Source: Eledone cirrhosa | Lineage: Eukaryota | Assembly: GCA_964016885.1 (NCBI GenBank) | Contig: OZ024755.1 | Coordinates: 24,366,001 to 24,430,000 of the forward strand | DNA length: 64,000 nucleotides | Direction: 5' to 3' | Translations under genes and position numbers: made by a program | In this document: positions 15,210 through 28,424 of the stretch, piece after piece | How positions within the stretch are numbered: position 1 is the stretch's first letter | Layout of the letters: every line of letters begins with the position of its first letter | Notes under the pieces: generated by a model | The model's input: the letters and a program-made list of their open reading frames with translations, nothing else | Databases searched by the model: none | Told to the model about the DNA's origin: nothing

Positions 15210-15398
15210 GAATAATTGTTTCTACTTTTGGCACAAGGCCAGCTATTACCCAGTACATTACTGGTACTTTATTTTATAGACCCCGTAAGGATGAAAGGCA
15301 AAGTTAACCTCGGCGGGATTTGAACTCAGAATGGCAAGGGCCATAACTCTATGCCTCAAAACATGGCGTCGACCCTCTACCGATACAGCCAATCCAAT
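15210..15398 (-). mobile_element. SINE family A
   Basis: Reverse complement of the family consensus. Confidence 0.75.
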
Positions 15399-15619
15399 AG
15401 TTGTTAATGTTGTCATTAGGCCTGATCCCTTTTTGTGGATTGATCCCAGTAAATGACTGGTATTGTATTTTATTGACTTCGGAAGAATGAAAGACAACGT
15501 TCACCAATGTAGAAATTACATTTACAATGTAAAGGTCAAAGTGAAATTCTGTAATAGATTTTATCTGGGGCTCTAACAATTCTGCAAATCGAACGCCAAT
15601 AATGATTTTCAACATTGTC

Positions 15620-16210
15620 ACCTGACCATTCAGGTCACCAGGTCATTAGGTCATCCCCATCATCAGGTCACCAGATTACCAGGTCATCCATGTCAGCAGG
15701 TCATCAATGTCAAGAGGTCATCAGGTCACCATGTCATCAGGTCACCAATGTTACCAGGTCATCAGGTCATAAGGTCATAATGTGATCCAGTTATCGGGTC
15801 ACCAGGTAACCAGATCACCAGATCATCAGGTCATCCATGGCACCAGGTCATCAATGTCAAGAGGTCATCAGGTCACCAATGTTACCAGGTCATAAGGTCA
15901 TAATGTCATCCAGTTATCGGATCACCAGGTAACCAGATCATCAGGTCATTCATGTCACCAGATCATCAATGTCACCTCACGAGGTTATCCATTTTATCAG
16001 GTCATCAATGCCATCAGGTTAGCGGGTCATCAGGTCTCCAGATCATCCATGTCACCATGTTGTCAGGTTTCTAGGTCATTAGGTCACTATATCATCAGGT
16101 TACCAGATCGCCAGATCATCCGTATCACCAGGCCACTCAAGTCATCAAGCCATCCATGTCACCAAGTCACCAGATCACCAGTTCACCCCAGTCATCAGGT
16201 TATCCGTGAC
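15620..16210. repeat. Degenerate ~8 bp-based satellite (CAGGTCAT/CAGGTCAC)
   Basis: Directly visible. Confidence 0.85.
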
Positions 16211-16479
16211 ATACATGGGTCTTTTTGTTGTGACACCAGATCACAACACAAGGTGGGCTTAGTGATTTTGTTGTGACACCAGATCACAACACAGGGTGGA
16301 CTTGTTTCCTGTGAGCTTGTGCTGCTTACTGCTCGTGTGCATCGACCACACACAAATCCTACATTCTAGCATACCTGAGACCACACTGCATCTATTGTAT
16401 ACCCATAGTTTGTATTTGGGACATAAGATGAAATTTCTAACCACTCCATTCTTCACAATGAACAAAATCACCGGGAGAG

Positions 16480-16883
16480 ATGACCCCTTAGCCTTTGTCA
16501 CGGCAGAATTCTAGGAGAAGGAAAACTCTGATATAACACCTGCAACCCTGATGGTATCCAATGATGTTGACTTGTTATTCTTTTTGGTAAATATCATCTT
16601 GGTTAAGAGAGTGGGACTGGCTTTGTGCAGTGCCTTTGCTCACTATAAAAGCTTCACGGCACAGGCATTGCTTTATATCAGGAGATCTCTCTGCACTTGT
16701 CGTCACATGGTACCATGGGCCCAGCAGTATGTGTCAATAATTGTCACAGGTGTAGTGTTTGTGCCATGGTTTTCTGGTCGCTGGCTGGACTAGGGGGTCA
16801 CACTCGTTCAGCGTGTCGGTAGGGGTTCTCCTACATGGATATAAAGTAGTGGCCGTACTCGAAAACTAGTTGGCAGCCACCAT
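16480..16883 (+). mobile_element. Non-autonomous RTE-related retroposon with (ATGT)n tail
   Basis: About 400 bp, matching 44441-44843 in reverse; contains CTAGGAGAAGGAAAACTCTGA (RTE 5'-UTR-like motif); 3' end runs directly into (ATGT)n. Confidence 0.65.
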
Positions 16884-17559
16884 GTATGTATGTATGTATG
16901 TGTATATATGTTTGTGTATATATGTATGCATGCATGTATGTATGTATGTATGTATGTATGTATGTATGTATGTATGTATGTATGTATGTATGTATGTATG
17001 TATGTATGTATGTATGTGTATATATGCATGTATGTATGTGTGTGTGTGTGGTATGTATGTTTCTATGTGTGTATGTGTGTGTGTATGTATGTATATATAT
17101 GTATGTATTTGTGTGTGTGTATATATCGATGTATGTATGCAAACATTTTGCCAATAAGAGATCGATGAAATAAGTACCAAACTTTGAAAAAAAAAAATTG
17201 TACTGGGATCAATATTATCGACTTGAAGCCATGAAATCGGTGCTCCAGCATGGTCACTTTCTAATGAGTGACATCATTAAAAGAATAAAAACAACAATTA
17301 TCTGATTTATATTTCAACAGACAACAGTGGACATTAGAACAATATTTAAATGACAGCTACTACACTCCCACGTTTTCTTTAAACATTAAATTAATGACTC
17401 CAATATTGGATCCTCAGTCGGTATCGACGATGAGCATTCAGTTGTTTCTCTAACTCGTGAATTAACTTATAAGTGGGTGGGTATTGACTTATCAAATGAC
17501 ATCAATTTGATGTGAATGGTCAGGTGATGTGAATGATTATGGCTTTTTAGACATGCAAG

Positions 17560-17845
17560 CAGGGTTGGATTTAGACGTTGAGAGGCTCGGGGCACTTCAG
17601 GTTTGGAGGAGCCCCTCATACACAAAAAATTAGAATACATAGCAAACCCACCAATTTCACATATCAAAGTTAGCGTGGCGCAAGTTATTAGAATTGAAAA
17701 GTTATACAAACAGGAATTAGATTAAAAAATTCTAACCATCCTAATAAATTGGTACGACCATCACTAGTGCCCCCCCCCCACACACACACACTGCAGGGGG
17801 CCCGGGGTAATCCGCCCTTCCCCCGCCCCATTAAATCCGGTCCTG
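17560..17845 (+). mobile_element. hAT-type MITE
   Basis: TIRs CAGGGTTGGATTTA / TAAATCCGGTCCTG; 8 bp TSD CATGCAAG / CTTGCAAG (7 of 8 match). Confidence 0.8.
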
Positions 17846-17989
17846 CTTGCAAGTGACTTACAGTGTTTTGCACATAGCTAGCAGATGGGGACTTTCTTTG
17901 CACATAGTTAGCAGATGCGTCTTTCTTTCACCTTTCAAATGTATTTCTATCTAGTCTCATTTTTTGTGACTTAACGTAGCTTGAAAGCG

Positions 17990-18200
17990 GTTGGACCTAC
18001 CTTGCGTCTCCAATTTAATCCAGACAGAGTCGTCCACTGTCCGTTGCACTGACGTCCGCGTGACTTACATCCGACTGAGAATAACAGAACCTCTTTCACT
18101 CACGTTCGCACAACACGTCCACACTCAAGCACGGCCTCATTCGTCCTTCCGCTTCCGGTAAGGGGTCCTCAACTTCCGGCAGTCGCTTCTCGACAGCCCC
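17990..18200. promoter_or_regulatory. Candidate CpG-rich promoter or first exon
   Basis: Unique CpG-dense island with two ETS-type CTTCCGG sites (18152, 18173), TGACGTC (18050) and a minus-strand GTAAGT donor (18063-18068). Confidence 0.35.
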
Positions 18201-18794
18201 ACACTTAATATTAATAATTCCATTAATAATTGTTTCTACTTTTGGCACAAGGCCAGCAATTAACCAGTGCATTACTGGTACTTTATTTTATCGACCCCGT
18301 AAGGATGAAAGGCAAAGTTAACCTCGGCAGGATTTGAACTCAGATCAGAATCTATCCATTAATAATTGTTTCTACTGTCAAATTCAAATATAATCTGAGG
18401 TCAGCCGATACAAATGAGCTGCCACAACGCTGATAGGAATGCTACTCTTAGATGATTTAAGATTAATAGTGAATCAAATATCTTTTCATTAAGAACAATT
18501 AAAGTTCATTTACAGCTAGCATTAAACCTCTGCAATATCGGTTATTCTGCTAGTTCACGATTCTTTTATTTATTTAGTTTTAGTTTATCAAAAAGAAAAA
18601 TATTGTATTTTAGTAAAATTTAAATATTTTTCTCAATTTTGTTGTTGTTTTTACTTCTTTATAACATTTGACAGACTTGAATGAATAGAAAAAATGTTAT
18701 AACATTAATATATTTACATATATTTTCTTATAATTTTGGTTACTCAAGTAAAAGAAGTGTAACTACTTGTACCTATTAGATTATGAAATGTATG

Positions 18795-19000
18795 ACATAG
18801 TGGTTAATGTGTTGGACTGACGATTGCAAGTTCATAAGTTCGATTTCCTGTGGCACGTTGTATCTTAGAGTAAAACACTTTATTTCACGTTGTTCCAGTT
18901 TACTCAGTTAAAGAAAATTAGTCGTATCTGCAACTGAAAGAGACATATTGCGTCATGCTGGCTATCTCTGAGAACTATGTTAAGAGTGTGTGTGTCTGTG
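18795..19000 (+). mobile_element. tRNA-derived SINE, family B variant
   Basis: TAGTGGTTAA A-box-like and GTTCGATTT B-box-like motifs, followed by AAAACACTTTATTTCACGTTGTTCCAGT core. Confidence 0.6.
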
Positions 19001-19254
19001 GAATGTCCTCTTAGCCTGACTGAGGATACAAATGTTCTAGTTTTGAAATGTAATAGTGCGGGTCCACGATAAAATACACTCCGAATTTATTTTAGTGACC
19101 ATCAGCCATAATTTCTATTAAATTTGTAATAAAATTCTTTTCGTTTATAAATAAAATTCTGTTCATTTGTTACTTCTGAAGAGACAGTTATTTCACTCTA
19201 CATGCTAGGTTTAATATATACGTATTCTTCCTTATGTTTGTATTATTATTACTA

Positions 19255-19440
19255 CAGTATCGGTAGAGTGTCGGACACCATGATTTACGTTCTAAGTTCA
19301 AATCCCGCCGAGGCTGGCTTTGCCTTTCACCGTTACGGATCGATAAAATAAAGTACCAGTCACGCACTGGGGTCAATTTGATCGACTTTCTCCTCCCCCC
19401 AAAATTGCTGGCCCTGTGCCTAAATCAAAAACCATTATTA
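19255..19440 (+). mobile_element. SINE family A
   Basis: B-box plus core, followed by an (ATT)n tail. Confidence 0.7.
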
Positions 19441-19772
19441 TTATTATTATTGTTGTTGTTGTTGTTTGTCTCTCAACGGTACGCCACGCCCGTTTACTCT
19501 CCGTAAGTTTTGTTTGTTTACAACCATTTATATTGTTGTTTTTTTAGTTTAGTATTGTTACAAAGGAGAGTACGGTATATGTGAACGAGCCTGCATTGAA
19601 TATACGCCTGTAAATTGGGACTGAAGAACTGAAAAAGGCACTTGCATGAGCCAGGTGCGTGTGTTTTTATTGGCAGCATGACCCTCCCGAAATATAATAA
19701 TATCTGTTTCAACACACGTTTTCAGATAAGAAATCTTACAAAAGAAATACAGAAACGAAGTTTATATTTGTT

Positions 19773-19869
<97 letters not shown>

Positions 19870-21584
19870 CATATATATATATATGAATGTGTACGCCTGA
19901 ATTTACAAATGGAGGAAAAGTGCTCAATACTTATAATAGCGTCTATTCATGCATGAATATATTCACATATATTATATATATATATATTGTGTTTCTGTAT
20001 GTGTATGTATATGACTTCCCACACGCCTACGTTTATCATACACAAACCTACTTCGATACAGGCCCACTTCTATACACATACATACAGCTATACCCTCTAC
20101 ACATTGGTTGTCGTTCTATCGTTGGAGACACCTCCTCTCTATATTTCTCCACCAATCAAAGATATTCGATTATGATTATAACATAGGAATTATCAAGGGG
20201 CAGCTGATATTTAATGGCAGAAATGGTGGGCGGGAAACTTTCGACATCAGACGATCGGCTGAATCTAATGTGACGTCTTGATTTAGTTTCTTGTAAGACT
20301 TCTTGATATATGTCATAAGCACAGATGGTTCGTTGCTGCTCACTCTCCAACAGATGATGTCTTCTGTACCTCCTCTATAGTAGCATACATACACACACAG
20401 AGATACACACACACAGTTACACACACACCCAGTTACACACACAGATACACACACATACACAGAGATACACACACACATACACAGACATACACACACACAC
20501 ACAGACATACACACACACACACACAGATATACATACACACAGACACAAACATACACAGACACATTTACACACACACAAACAAACACACATACACACACAC
20601 ACACACATACACAACAATACACATAACCACACCCATATATATTATATATATATATGAATCCAAATTTTTTACCAAACTCTTTAATCAAAAGAAATTGAAA
20701 AGATAAAATGAAAAAGGAGGCAAAGGGCGAATCTGTTCCCCACTTACATACTGTTTAAAATGTTATAGTAACATACATATACATATACACATACTCATAC
20801 ATACATACATACATACACATTCTCATATATACATACATACATATACTCATACGTACATACATACATGCACATACTCATAATACATATATGCATGCATACA
20901 AACATACATACATAACATATATATAAATACATAAGTACGAACATATACATACATATATACATACATACACATTCACACATGCACACATATATGCATACAT
21001 ATTCACACACATAAATACACACACACATCGGCATACACATACATCGACATACACACACATCGACATACACACACATCCATATATACACACATACATATAT
21101 TGATCCTCCATCGAAGTTTTGATAAAAAAAGATTTAAAAAAAAAAGGGAAACGGCAAAAATTCCATACTACCCACTTGTTGTTTTCTTTCCCTTCTTTTA
21201 TGAAAGAAACAAGACAAGAAAAGATGTGAAAAAGTCGATTCTTTTTCTGTTAGATTTTTCTGTCAATTTTTCTATTTTATTCCGTCCACTTGTCAAAGAA
21301 TTTGTCAGTTTAAATGACATTAACAGACACAACTCTTCTCTGTGAGAATTGGTAAACCATTCTGTTGGTCATTGTCTTCAAAATTATCGCTTATTGTTTG
21401 AGTGGAAAGGAAAAAATATTGAAAGAAAGACGAGGAGAAATCAAAATAAAAATCACATTAGAAATGGATTTCACTACTTGGATTATGTACAGAATAATTA
21501 CAGAAGTTATTTTAAAGGATAATTGTGAAAATGAAGGAATAAGAACAACGTTGAGGAGCTTGTCAAAATATTTTCTCTTGATCT

Positions 21585-22020
21585 TAATTATTGAAGTGTA
21601 ACAACTGTTGTGGACTTTAATTATTGAAGCATAACACCAACTGTTGTGGATTAATTATTGAAGTGTAACAACTGTTGTGGACATTTGTGAACTTTAATTA
21701 TTGAAGCCTAACAACAACTGTTGTGGATTAATTACTGAAGTGTAACAACTGTTGTGGACCTTTGTGGACCTTAATTATTGGAGCATAACAACAACTGTTG
21801 TGGAAATTAATTATTGGAGCATAACAACAACTGTTTTGGACCTTAATTATTTATGTGTATTAACAACTGTTGTGGACCTTAATTATTGGAGCACAACAAC
21901 AACTGTTGTGGACCTTAATTATTGGAGTATAGCAACAACTGTTGTGGACCATTGTGGACCTTAATTATTGAAGCATAACAACTGTTTGTGGACCTTAATT
22001 ATTGAAGTGTAACAACTTTT
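21585..22020. repeat. ~36 bp minisatellite (CCTTAATTATTGGAGCATAACAACAACTGTTGTGGA), ~12 copies
   Basis: Directly visible; ~530 bp upstream of the protease. Confidence 0.9.
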
Positions 22021-22217
22021 GTTGACTGAGGAAAGGGAAATACGGCGGGCTTACGTTGTTAGCCTTGGAATTAAATGTTTAATGAGAAGGTGAGTTAGTA
22101 GAATTAATGCCACGTATGTATTAATATACGTCTGTCATTTGGTTACTTGGTTACTTGTCTCTGATCCTTATATCAGGATTTGATCTCTGAAAAACTACAA
22201 AAATTATTAATCAAAGA

Positions 22218-22402
22218 AAAAATATTTATTACAAAAAATATTTATGACAAAAAAATATTTATCACAAAAAAATATTTATTATAGAGAAATATTTATTACA
22301 AAAAAAAATATTTATCACAAAAAATATTTATCACAAAAAGATATTTATCTCCCAAAAATATTTATTATAGAAAAATATTTATTACAGAAAAATATTTATA
22401 AA
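22218..22402. repeat. ~16-18 bp AT-rich minisatellite (AAAAAATATTTATYAC)
   Basis: Directly visible; immediately upstream of the protease. Confidence 0.85.
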
Positions 22403-22551
22403 AAATGAAATGAAAGACGAAATGTTTCCCCAAAGGTTTTAAAATATAAAGTAAAACCATATTTATTAATGGTTCTGCTAAAGTTGTTTATTTGTTTGAA
22501 ACTGTCGTTATTTAAGGATTAACTTTACAATTTGTAAAATATTTATTAAGA

Positions 22552-23670
22552 ATGTTATTTACTTGGGAAAAAACATTTTTCTACATATTTCTCTGTACTT
22601 TAATCTGTGTTATGTCGGCACATCTTTATGATAACACATACGAAACAATAATGTCTGAAATAAGCCATAAACCGTTATCCTTCGAACAAAAGTTGCTCGT
22701 AGATGTATCTCAAGTACTTTTTACCATTTCTTCGCTGAATACTAAATTCCCTTTCAACAATAATCAACAACACAAAGGGTATTTAAATGTCATCAGAAGA
22801 TATTTTCGCTTTAAAAATTACTTGCCTAACGAGGCAAGACTTTTCTCAACTCATAAAAAACGAAATAGTTTCACTTTGCAGAAAAGAAAGTTTGAAAAGA
22901 GAACTCAGCCTAAAAAACACTCGTGTATTCTTACAAGACTACTATATCCTTTAAGAGACTTTGGTAAAAATGTTGTGATTCTTTCTTCTGGCTGTTCTGG
23001 AACACTCCTTTCTGCGCGGTTTGTTCTAACTGCCGCTCATTGTGTTCACAATGGTAGGACAAGATTTCAAAATCTACAAGTTATAATCCAAGAGACAATA
23101 TTAAACCGAAGAATACACTACGTAAAACATATCACGGTGCCAAGAGGCTGGCTATTAATGAACAACTTAGTGGACACTGAAAGATATATAAATGATTATG
23201 CCGTTTTAGAATTGGCCGTGGAAGTGACAGGACGTAGAGAGTTTATGAAATTGAAAGCTCCAGATAGAAACACTATGTCGTTTGACATGTACTATATGGG
23301 ATTTACATTTAAAGAGGAAGTGAAATTCTCGATAAATACATGCCCATGGGAAACAGGAAGATTATATAGGAATCATAACCTTATAACTAGAGTTTGCGGA
23401 GCTGGTAGTGGTCACTCTGGTTCAGCTGTATTTACGTATAATCAACAGAAAGGATTCAGTATCTCAGGTATCGTTTCGCATGCTCGGATGATAAAGACTA
23501 ATCATGCTACCCGATCAAATGGACAATGGACAGTTATTACAGCACTAACGGACACCAGGATTAAACACATCTGTTCCATTGTGGAAGCTGCGACTCGGAG
23601 TATTGGAGGTGGATCATGTGACTTAAACTATAGCCATCAACAAATGATTCAAGCAAACTTATTGTATTAG
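22552..23670 (+). CDS. Intronless secreted trypsin-fold (S1) serine protease, PRSS23/PRSS35-like, 372 aa
   Basis: Only long non-repetitive ORF. It has a hydrophobic N-terminal signal peptide (FFYIFLCTLICVMSA), SGCSGTLLSARFVLTAAHCVHNG (catalytic His), NDYAVLEL (catalytic Asp) and CGAGSGHSGSAVF (catalytic Ser). These motifs resemble PRSS23 (GCTGTLV..HVLTAAHC, DYALLEL, GASGSGVY). There is a basic pro-region (KKR, KRK), no IVGG motif, and AATAAA near 23880. Confidence 0.88.
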   Translation: MLFTWEKTFFYIFLCTLICVMSAHLYDNTYETIMSEISHKPLSFEQKLLVDVSQVLFTISSLNTKFPFNNNQQHKGYLNVIRRYFRFKNYLPNEARLFSTHKKRNSFTLQKRKFEKRTQPKKHSCILTRLLYPLRDFGKNVVILSSGCSGTLLSARFVLTAAHCVHNGRTRFQNLQVIIQETILNRRIHYVKHITVPRGWLLMNNLVDTERYINDYAVLELAVEVTGRREFMKLKAPDRNTMSFDMYYMGFTFKEEVKFSINTCPWETGRLYRNHNLITRVCGAGSGHSGSAVFTYNQQKGFSISGIVSHARMIKTNHATRSNGQWTVITALTDTRIKHICSIVEAATRSIGGGSCDLNYSHQQMIQANLLY

Positions 23671-23770
23671 AAGAAAACAAAATCAGAACAAAATACTAAA
23701 GCAAAGGTATTTCCATGTCCACAGCACATACACACATGCACCCTACACACATACACACATGCATCCACGC

Positions 23771-23838
<68 letters not shown>

Positions 23839-24317
23839 ATATAAATATATATATATATATATAAATTAATAAAATAATGAATAAACAAAGAAACAGTTCC
23901 TTATATTAAAAAAAAATTTTTTTTATATAAGGAACTGTTTCTTTGTTTATTCATTATTTTATTAATTTATCTTGACTCTGTTTTCCGTTTATTTTTCACC
24001 GGAAGTAGTTTTTGAATGTATCTTCTCTTTTCATGATATCCGGATTACATTGAGTTCTTCATACGGATTGGACACTACCGTAAACTTTTGGTAGATTTAT
24101 CTACATATATATAAATTTTTTTTAATATAAGGAACTGTTTCTTTGTTTATTCATTATTTTATTAATTTATATATATATATATATATGTAGAAGTTCTATT
24201 TAAATTGTTGGGATACAACAAGCAAATATTTTTATAACTAATATAAAGCACTCAACAAATTATTGGAGTAAAAATACGATATATTAACAAATGGAAACTA
24301 TATTTATAAACCATATT

Positions 24318-24382
24318 TATTTCATTATACATATTTCAAGGACACTAAGTTAAATTATGGTGTGCTTTCATCAGATAAAATA
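24318..24382 (-). ncRNA. Inverted copy of the 24475 hammerhead
   Basis: Exact reverse complement within the inverted repeat arm. Confidence 0.7.
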
Positions 24383-24474
24383 TAATATAGAGCAGTTTTA
24401 TATCCGGGAGCTTCCAACAGAAATGGTCGCATTCTTTAAGGGTATGTCAATATTTATAAAACTGCTCTATATTA

Positions 24475-24539
24475 TATTTTATCTGATGAAAGCACACCAT
24501 AATTTAACTTAGTGTCCTTGAAATATGTATAATGAAATA
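24475..24539 (+). ncRNA. Minimal type I hammerhead ribozyme motif (same family as 6961)
   Basis: TATTTTAT-CTGATGA-AAGCACAC..GTGTCCTT-GAAA-TATGTA-TA-ATGAAATA. Confidence 0.7.
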
Positions 24540-24580
24540 AATATGGTTTTATAAATATAGTTTCCATTTGTTAATATATC

Positions 24581-24620
<40 letters not shown>

Positions 24621-24665
24621 CACATAAGAAACGGAGAGTCAGTGGTGCGACGAATAAGATTTATT

Positions 24666-24762
24666 AGACATATTACAATAGTTTCTCTGGCGACCAGCTC
24701 GAGGCACGATCGATGCAATGATCAAACCTGACTCTGAAATCGCAAAATCCTCGGATATGTCT
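24666..24762 (-). ncRNA. Type I hammerhead motif with long stem II (core variant CCGAGGA)
   Basis: AGACATAT-CCGAGGA-TTTTGCGAT..GTCGCCAGA-GAAA-CTATTG-TA-ATATGTCT; 8 bp stem I. Confidence 0.5.
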
Positions 24763-24794
24763 CGATTCTACGGACGCTTTAAGCATCCAACACC

Positions 24795-24836
<42 letters not shown>

Positions 24837-25035
24837 TTTTTAATTTGTTTTCGAGGATTCTTGATAAAGGCAATAAGTTACCAATAAGTTTTCAGGCTGT
24901 GACGAAAGAACTTTCATGAACCAATTAATTAATTAGTCGAGTTAACAATAGATTAATGAAATAATTCTCTGACTCGTAGAGAAACACAACTAGCACATGT
25001 GTTTTCGATTGGCAACATGACACTATCAAAAATTC

Positions 25036-25133
<98 letters not shown>

Positions 25134-25458
25134 TTATATATATATATGTGTATGTGTGTGTGTGTGTATGTGTGTAATGAAGAAGGAGTGGTAACTGATT
25201 ATTTCAGTGATATCTATTAAGCAATAGATACCACTGAAATATGTATAACAGTAACAAAGTTATCAATAAAATGATGTAAGATTCAAATACACTGATTTCT
25301 TCATTATTATGTTAATACTTCGTGGTGCGCGGACCAGCGTGATTGCATCACAACTTGGAGAGTAAGCGACGTCGAGTGCTCAGTGCTGTCTACACTTTGA
25401 TTAGTTGATAAATGAGTACAACTTCAAAACCAACAACGGACTAATTAACCCCAAGGAA

Positions 25459-25520
<62 letters not shown>

Positions 25521-25521
25521 T

Positions 25522-25562
<41 letters not shown>

Positions 25563-25563
25563 T

Positions 25564-25637
<74 letters not shown>

Positions 25638-25745
25638 GGACCCCACAAATGTATATATATATATATATATATATTCAGGACCCCGACGGCTGAGCTCCAG
25701 CCGTTTCGACAGCTAGATCCGAACTCACTCGTCGGGATCCTGAAT

Positions 25746-25801
<56 letters not shown>

Positions 25802-25802
25802 T

Positions 25803-25836
<34 letters not shown>

Positions 25837-26384
25837 AAGATTCAGGACCCCGACGAGTGAGTTCGGATCTAGCTGTCGAAACGGCTGGAGCTCAGCCGTC
25901 GGGGTCCTGAATCTTTTCATATTACCCACTCTACTACCCCAAGTATCGAGTACTCTGGCGCGTTTTGGACCACCTGGTACCCTACCACACCCTCTTTGTT
26001 ATATATATATATATTGTTATATTTGGGGAGGGTCATATTTGCGTAATATTGCCAGAATTAATAACAGAACACACTCACTGTTTGGTTGGTTTTCGCTTCT
26101 CGCTGTCTTTTATATATATATATCTGCGATCTAACTTACTCGGTCCTCAATGTTATATATACTTGGATATATATATAATTGGATATTCAGTAAAATCGAA
26201 TCTCTGGCGGTTTGCAAATTCGGCCTACTTATGAGGTGATGAGTTAGCAAAGCACTCGATAAGTTAGGTCCTTAGAGTAATAACATACGTTTAAATAGCT
26301 TGACAAATCTAACATTGTGGTAGGCAAAATCTAACCCACAATAACATACCAATAACATACCAATAACATATAACATAACACAAT

Positions 26385-26433
<49 letters not shown>

Positions 26434-26724
26434 GGAAGGGGGTCTGTCTGTGTGTGTGTATGTGTGTTTGTGTATCTCTATATATGTATAAAAATAGGTT
26501 TGACGAGTCGAGATAACCACTTTATTAGGATATGACAAGAGGATTTAAAGCTCAATGTGTTTGTACAATCAGCAAATATATCCGAGGTTTACTCCACAGA
26601 GTAAAGTCCAGTGAATTACTATAACTCAGTAATTTCAAATAATAATGAGCAAATGATAAAAGTGCGATAAATTCATATATTTACATTCAACATCTTTTTC
26701 GATGAGATGCTTTTTTCTTACTTA

Positions 26725-26893
26725 CCGTATTTCCCGGCGTCGAAGACACTACTTTTTTCCTAAAATAAGTCTCAAAAATCTACTATGCGTCCTGGAGGCC
26801 GAAGTTTGTTTATTTTTTTTTTTTCAAATTTTTGGTTGTCAAAATTAGGGTGCATCCTCGAGGACGAATTGTCTTCGCCGCCGGGAAATACGG
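26725..26893. mobile_element. Tc1/mariner superfamily (Tc2-like) MITE
   Basis: TA|CCGTATTTCCCGGCG ... CGCCGGGAAATACGG|TA, perfect 15 bp TIR with TA TSD. Confidence 0.8.
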
Positions 26894-27167
26894 TATTTTA
26901 AAATGTATGGTGTGATATATTTATATTTTGATTCATATTTTGGTGATATATATTCTCTGTAACATTAAATAGAGAGCTAATGTGAGATGCATTCCATCTT
27001 ACGTATGGTTCTCCTTACTTATGTTAATCTTTATAGTGATACGAGCCGCGGATTGATTACAGAGTCAGGTCAGATCGATACCTTGAGCTCTGGTCAGTGG
27101 CGAAACGTGCGTCACCAACCAATAAACGTAATGAAGGAGTAACCAATCGTCCATGTTATCTTATTTA

Positions 27168-27299
<132 letters not shown>

Positions 27300-27308
27300 A
27301 ACCAGTAA

Positions 27309-27404
27309 GACCCCGACAGCTGAGCTCAAGCCGTTTCGACGGCTAATTCTGGACTAAATGAAAATTTATCCTGGTATTTAAATAGCCGATCTTCTCAAGG
27401 GGTA
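27309..27404 (-). ncRNA. Degenerate type I hammerhead with long stems II and III
   Basis: ACCCC-TTGAGAA-GATCGGCTA..TAGCCGTC-GAAA-CGGCTTGAGCTCAGCTG-TC-GGGGT; the 3' half recurs at ~25680 (-), ~25880 (+) and ~27750 (+). Confidence 0.5.
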
Positions 27405-27792
27405 ATTCCATATATGGTCAAAGTGATTGTCAAAAATCAGTAGTAATTCTGTGGTTGCAAATTAGTAGGGGAGATGGTGGCTAAACCTGCCAGTAGGAGA
27501 AAGAGGGGAGGGGGTGGAGTAGACCCACCTCAAGTATTGAGTACTTTGGTGCGTTATGGTCCACCTGGTTCCTTACCACATTTCCTTCGTTATATATATA
27601 TATATATATATAACGAAGGGATTGTGGTAAGGAACCAGATGGACCATAACGCACCAGAGTACTCAATACTTAGGGTAGTAGAGTGGGTAATAGGAAAAAG
27701 TATGACCCGACGGCAGAGCTCAAGGTATTTCTGGACTCAGAAATACCCGTCGAAATGGCTTGAGCTCTGCCGTCGGGGTCATACTTTTTCCT

Positions 27793-28040
<248 letters not shown>

Positions 28041-28066
28041 ATATATATATATATATATATATATAT

Positions 28067-28106
<40 letters not shown>

Positions 28107-28424
28107 ATACCTTGATCTCTAACTCCCCGATCTCTCTCTCTCTAGGAATAATTAAATTAACCAGTTAAGTGGTGAATTACTTCAGAAGCTCGTTAATATC
28201 AATAACGAGCTCATTTCACCCAATCACAGAAGATTCATCTAATTAAATCTCACCTACGTAATTCATTCCATGAATATCCAAAAAATATATCCATACAAGC
28301 AGCCGTGGAGAATAAGAAGAGGGACTATGCGTGAGCATTGAGTATAAGCCTCATGCATCTGTGAAAACATATATACATATATCTGAGATTATATACATAT
28401 ATATAAAGTCTAAAGTCTGTCCTA

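Noticed and set aside
20156-20380. Possible minus-strand exon in unique sequence
   Set aside because: Two short open frames and a plausible acceptor, but no recognisable homology or partner exons.
26232-26275. Hammerhead-like GTGATGAGT...ACTCGATAA (similarly weak cases at 35444, 51505, 55610 and 60545)
   Set aside because: Multiple core substitutions or missing stems; too degenerate to call.
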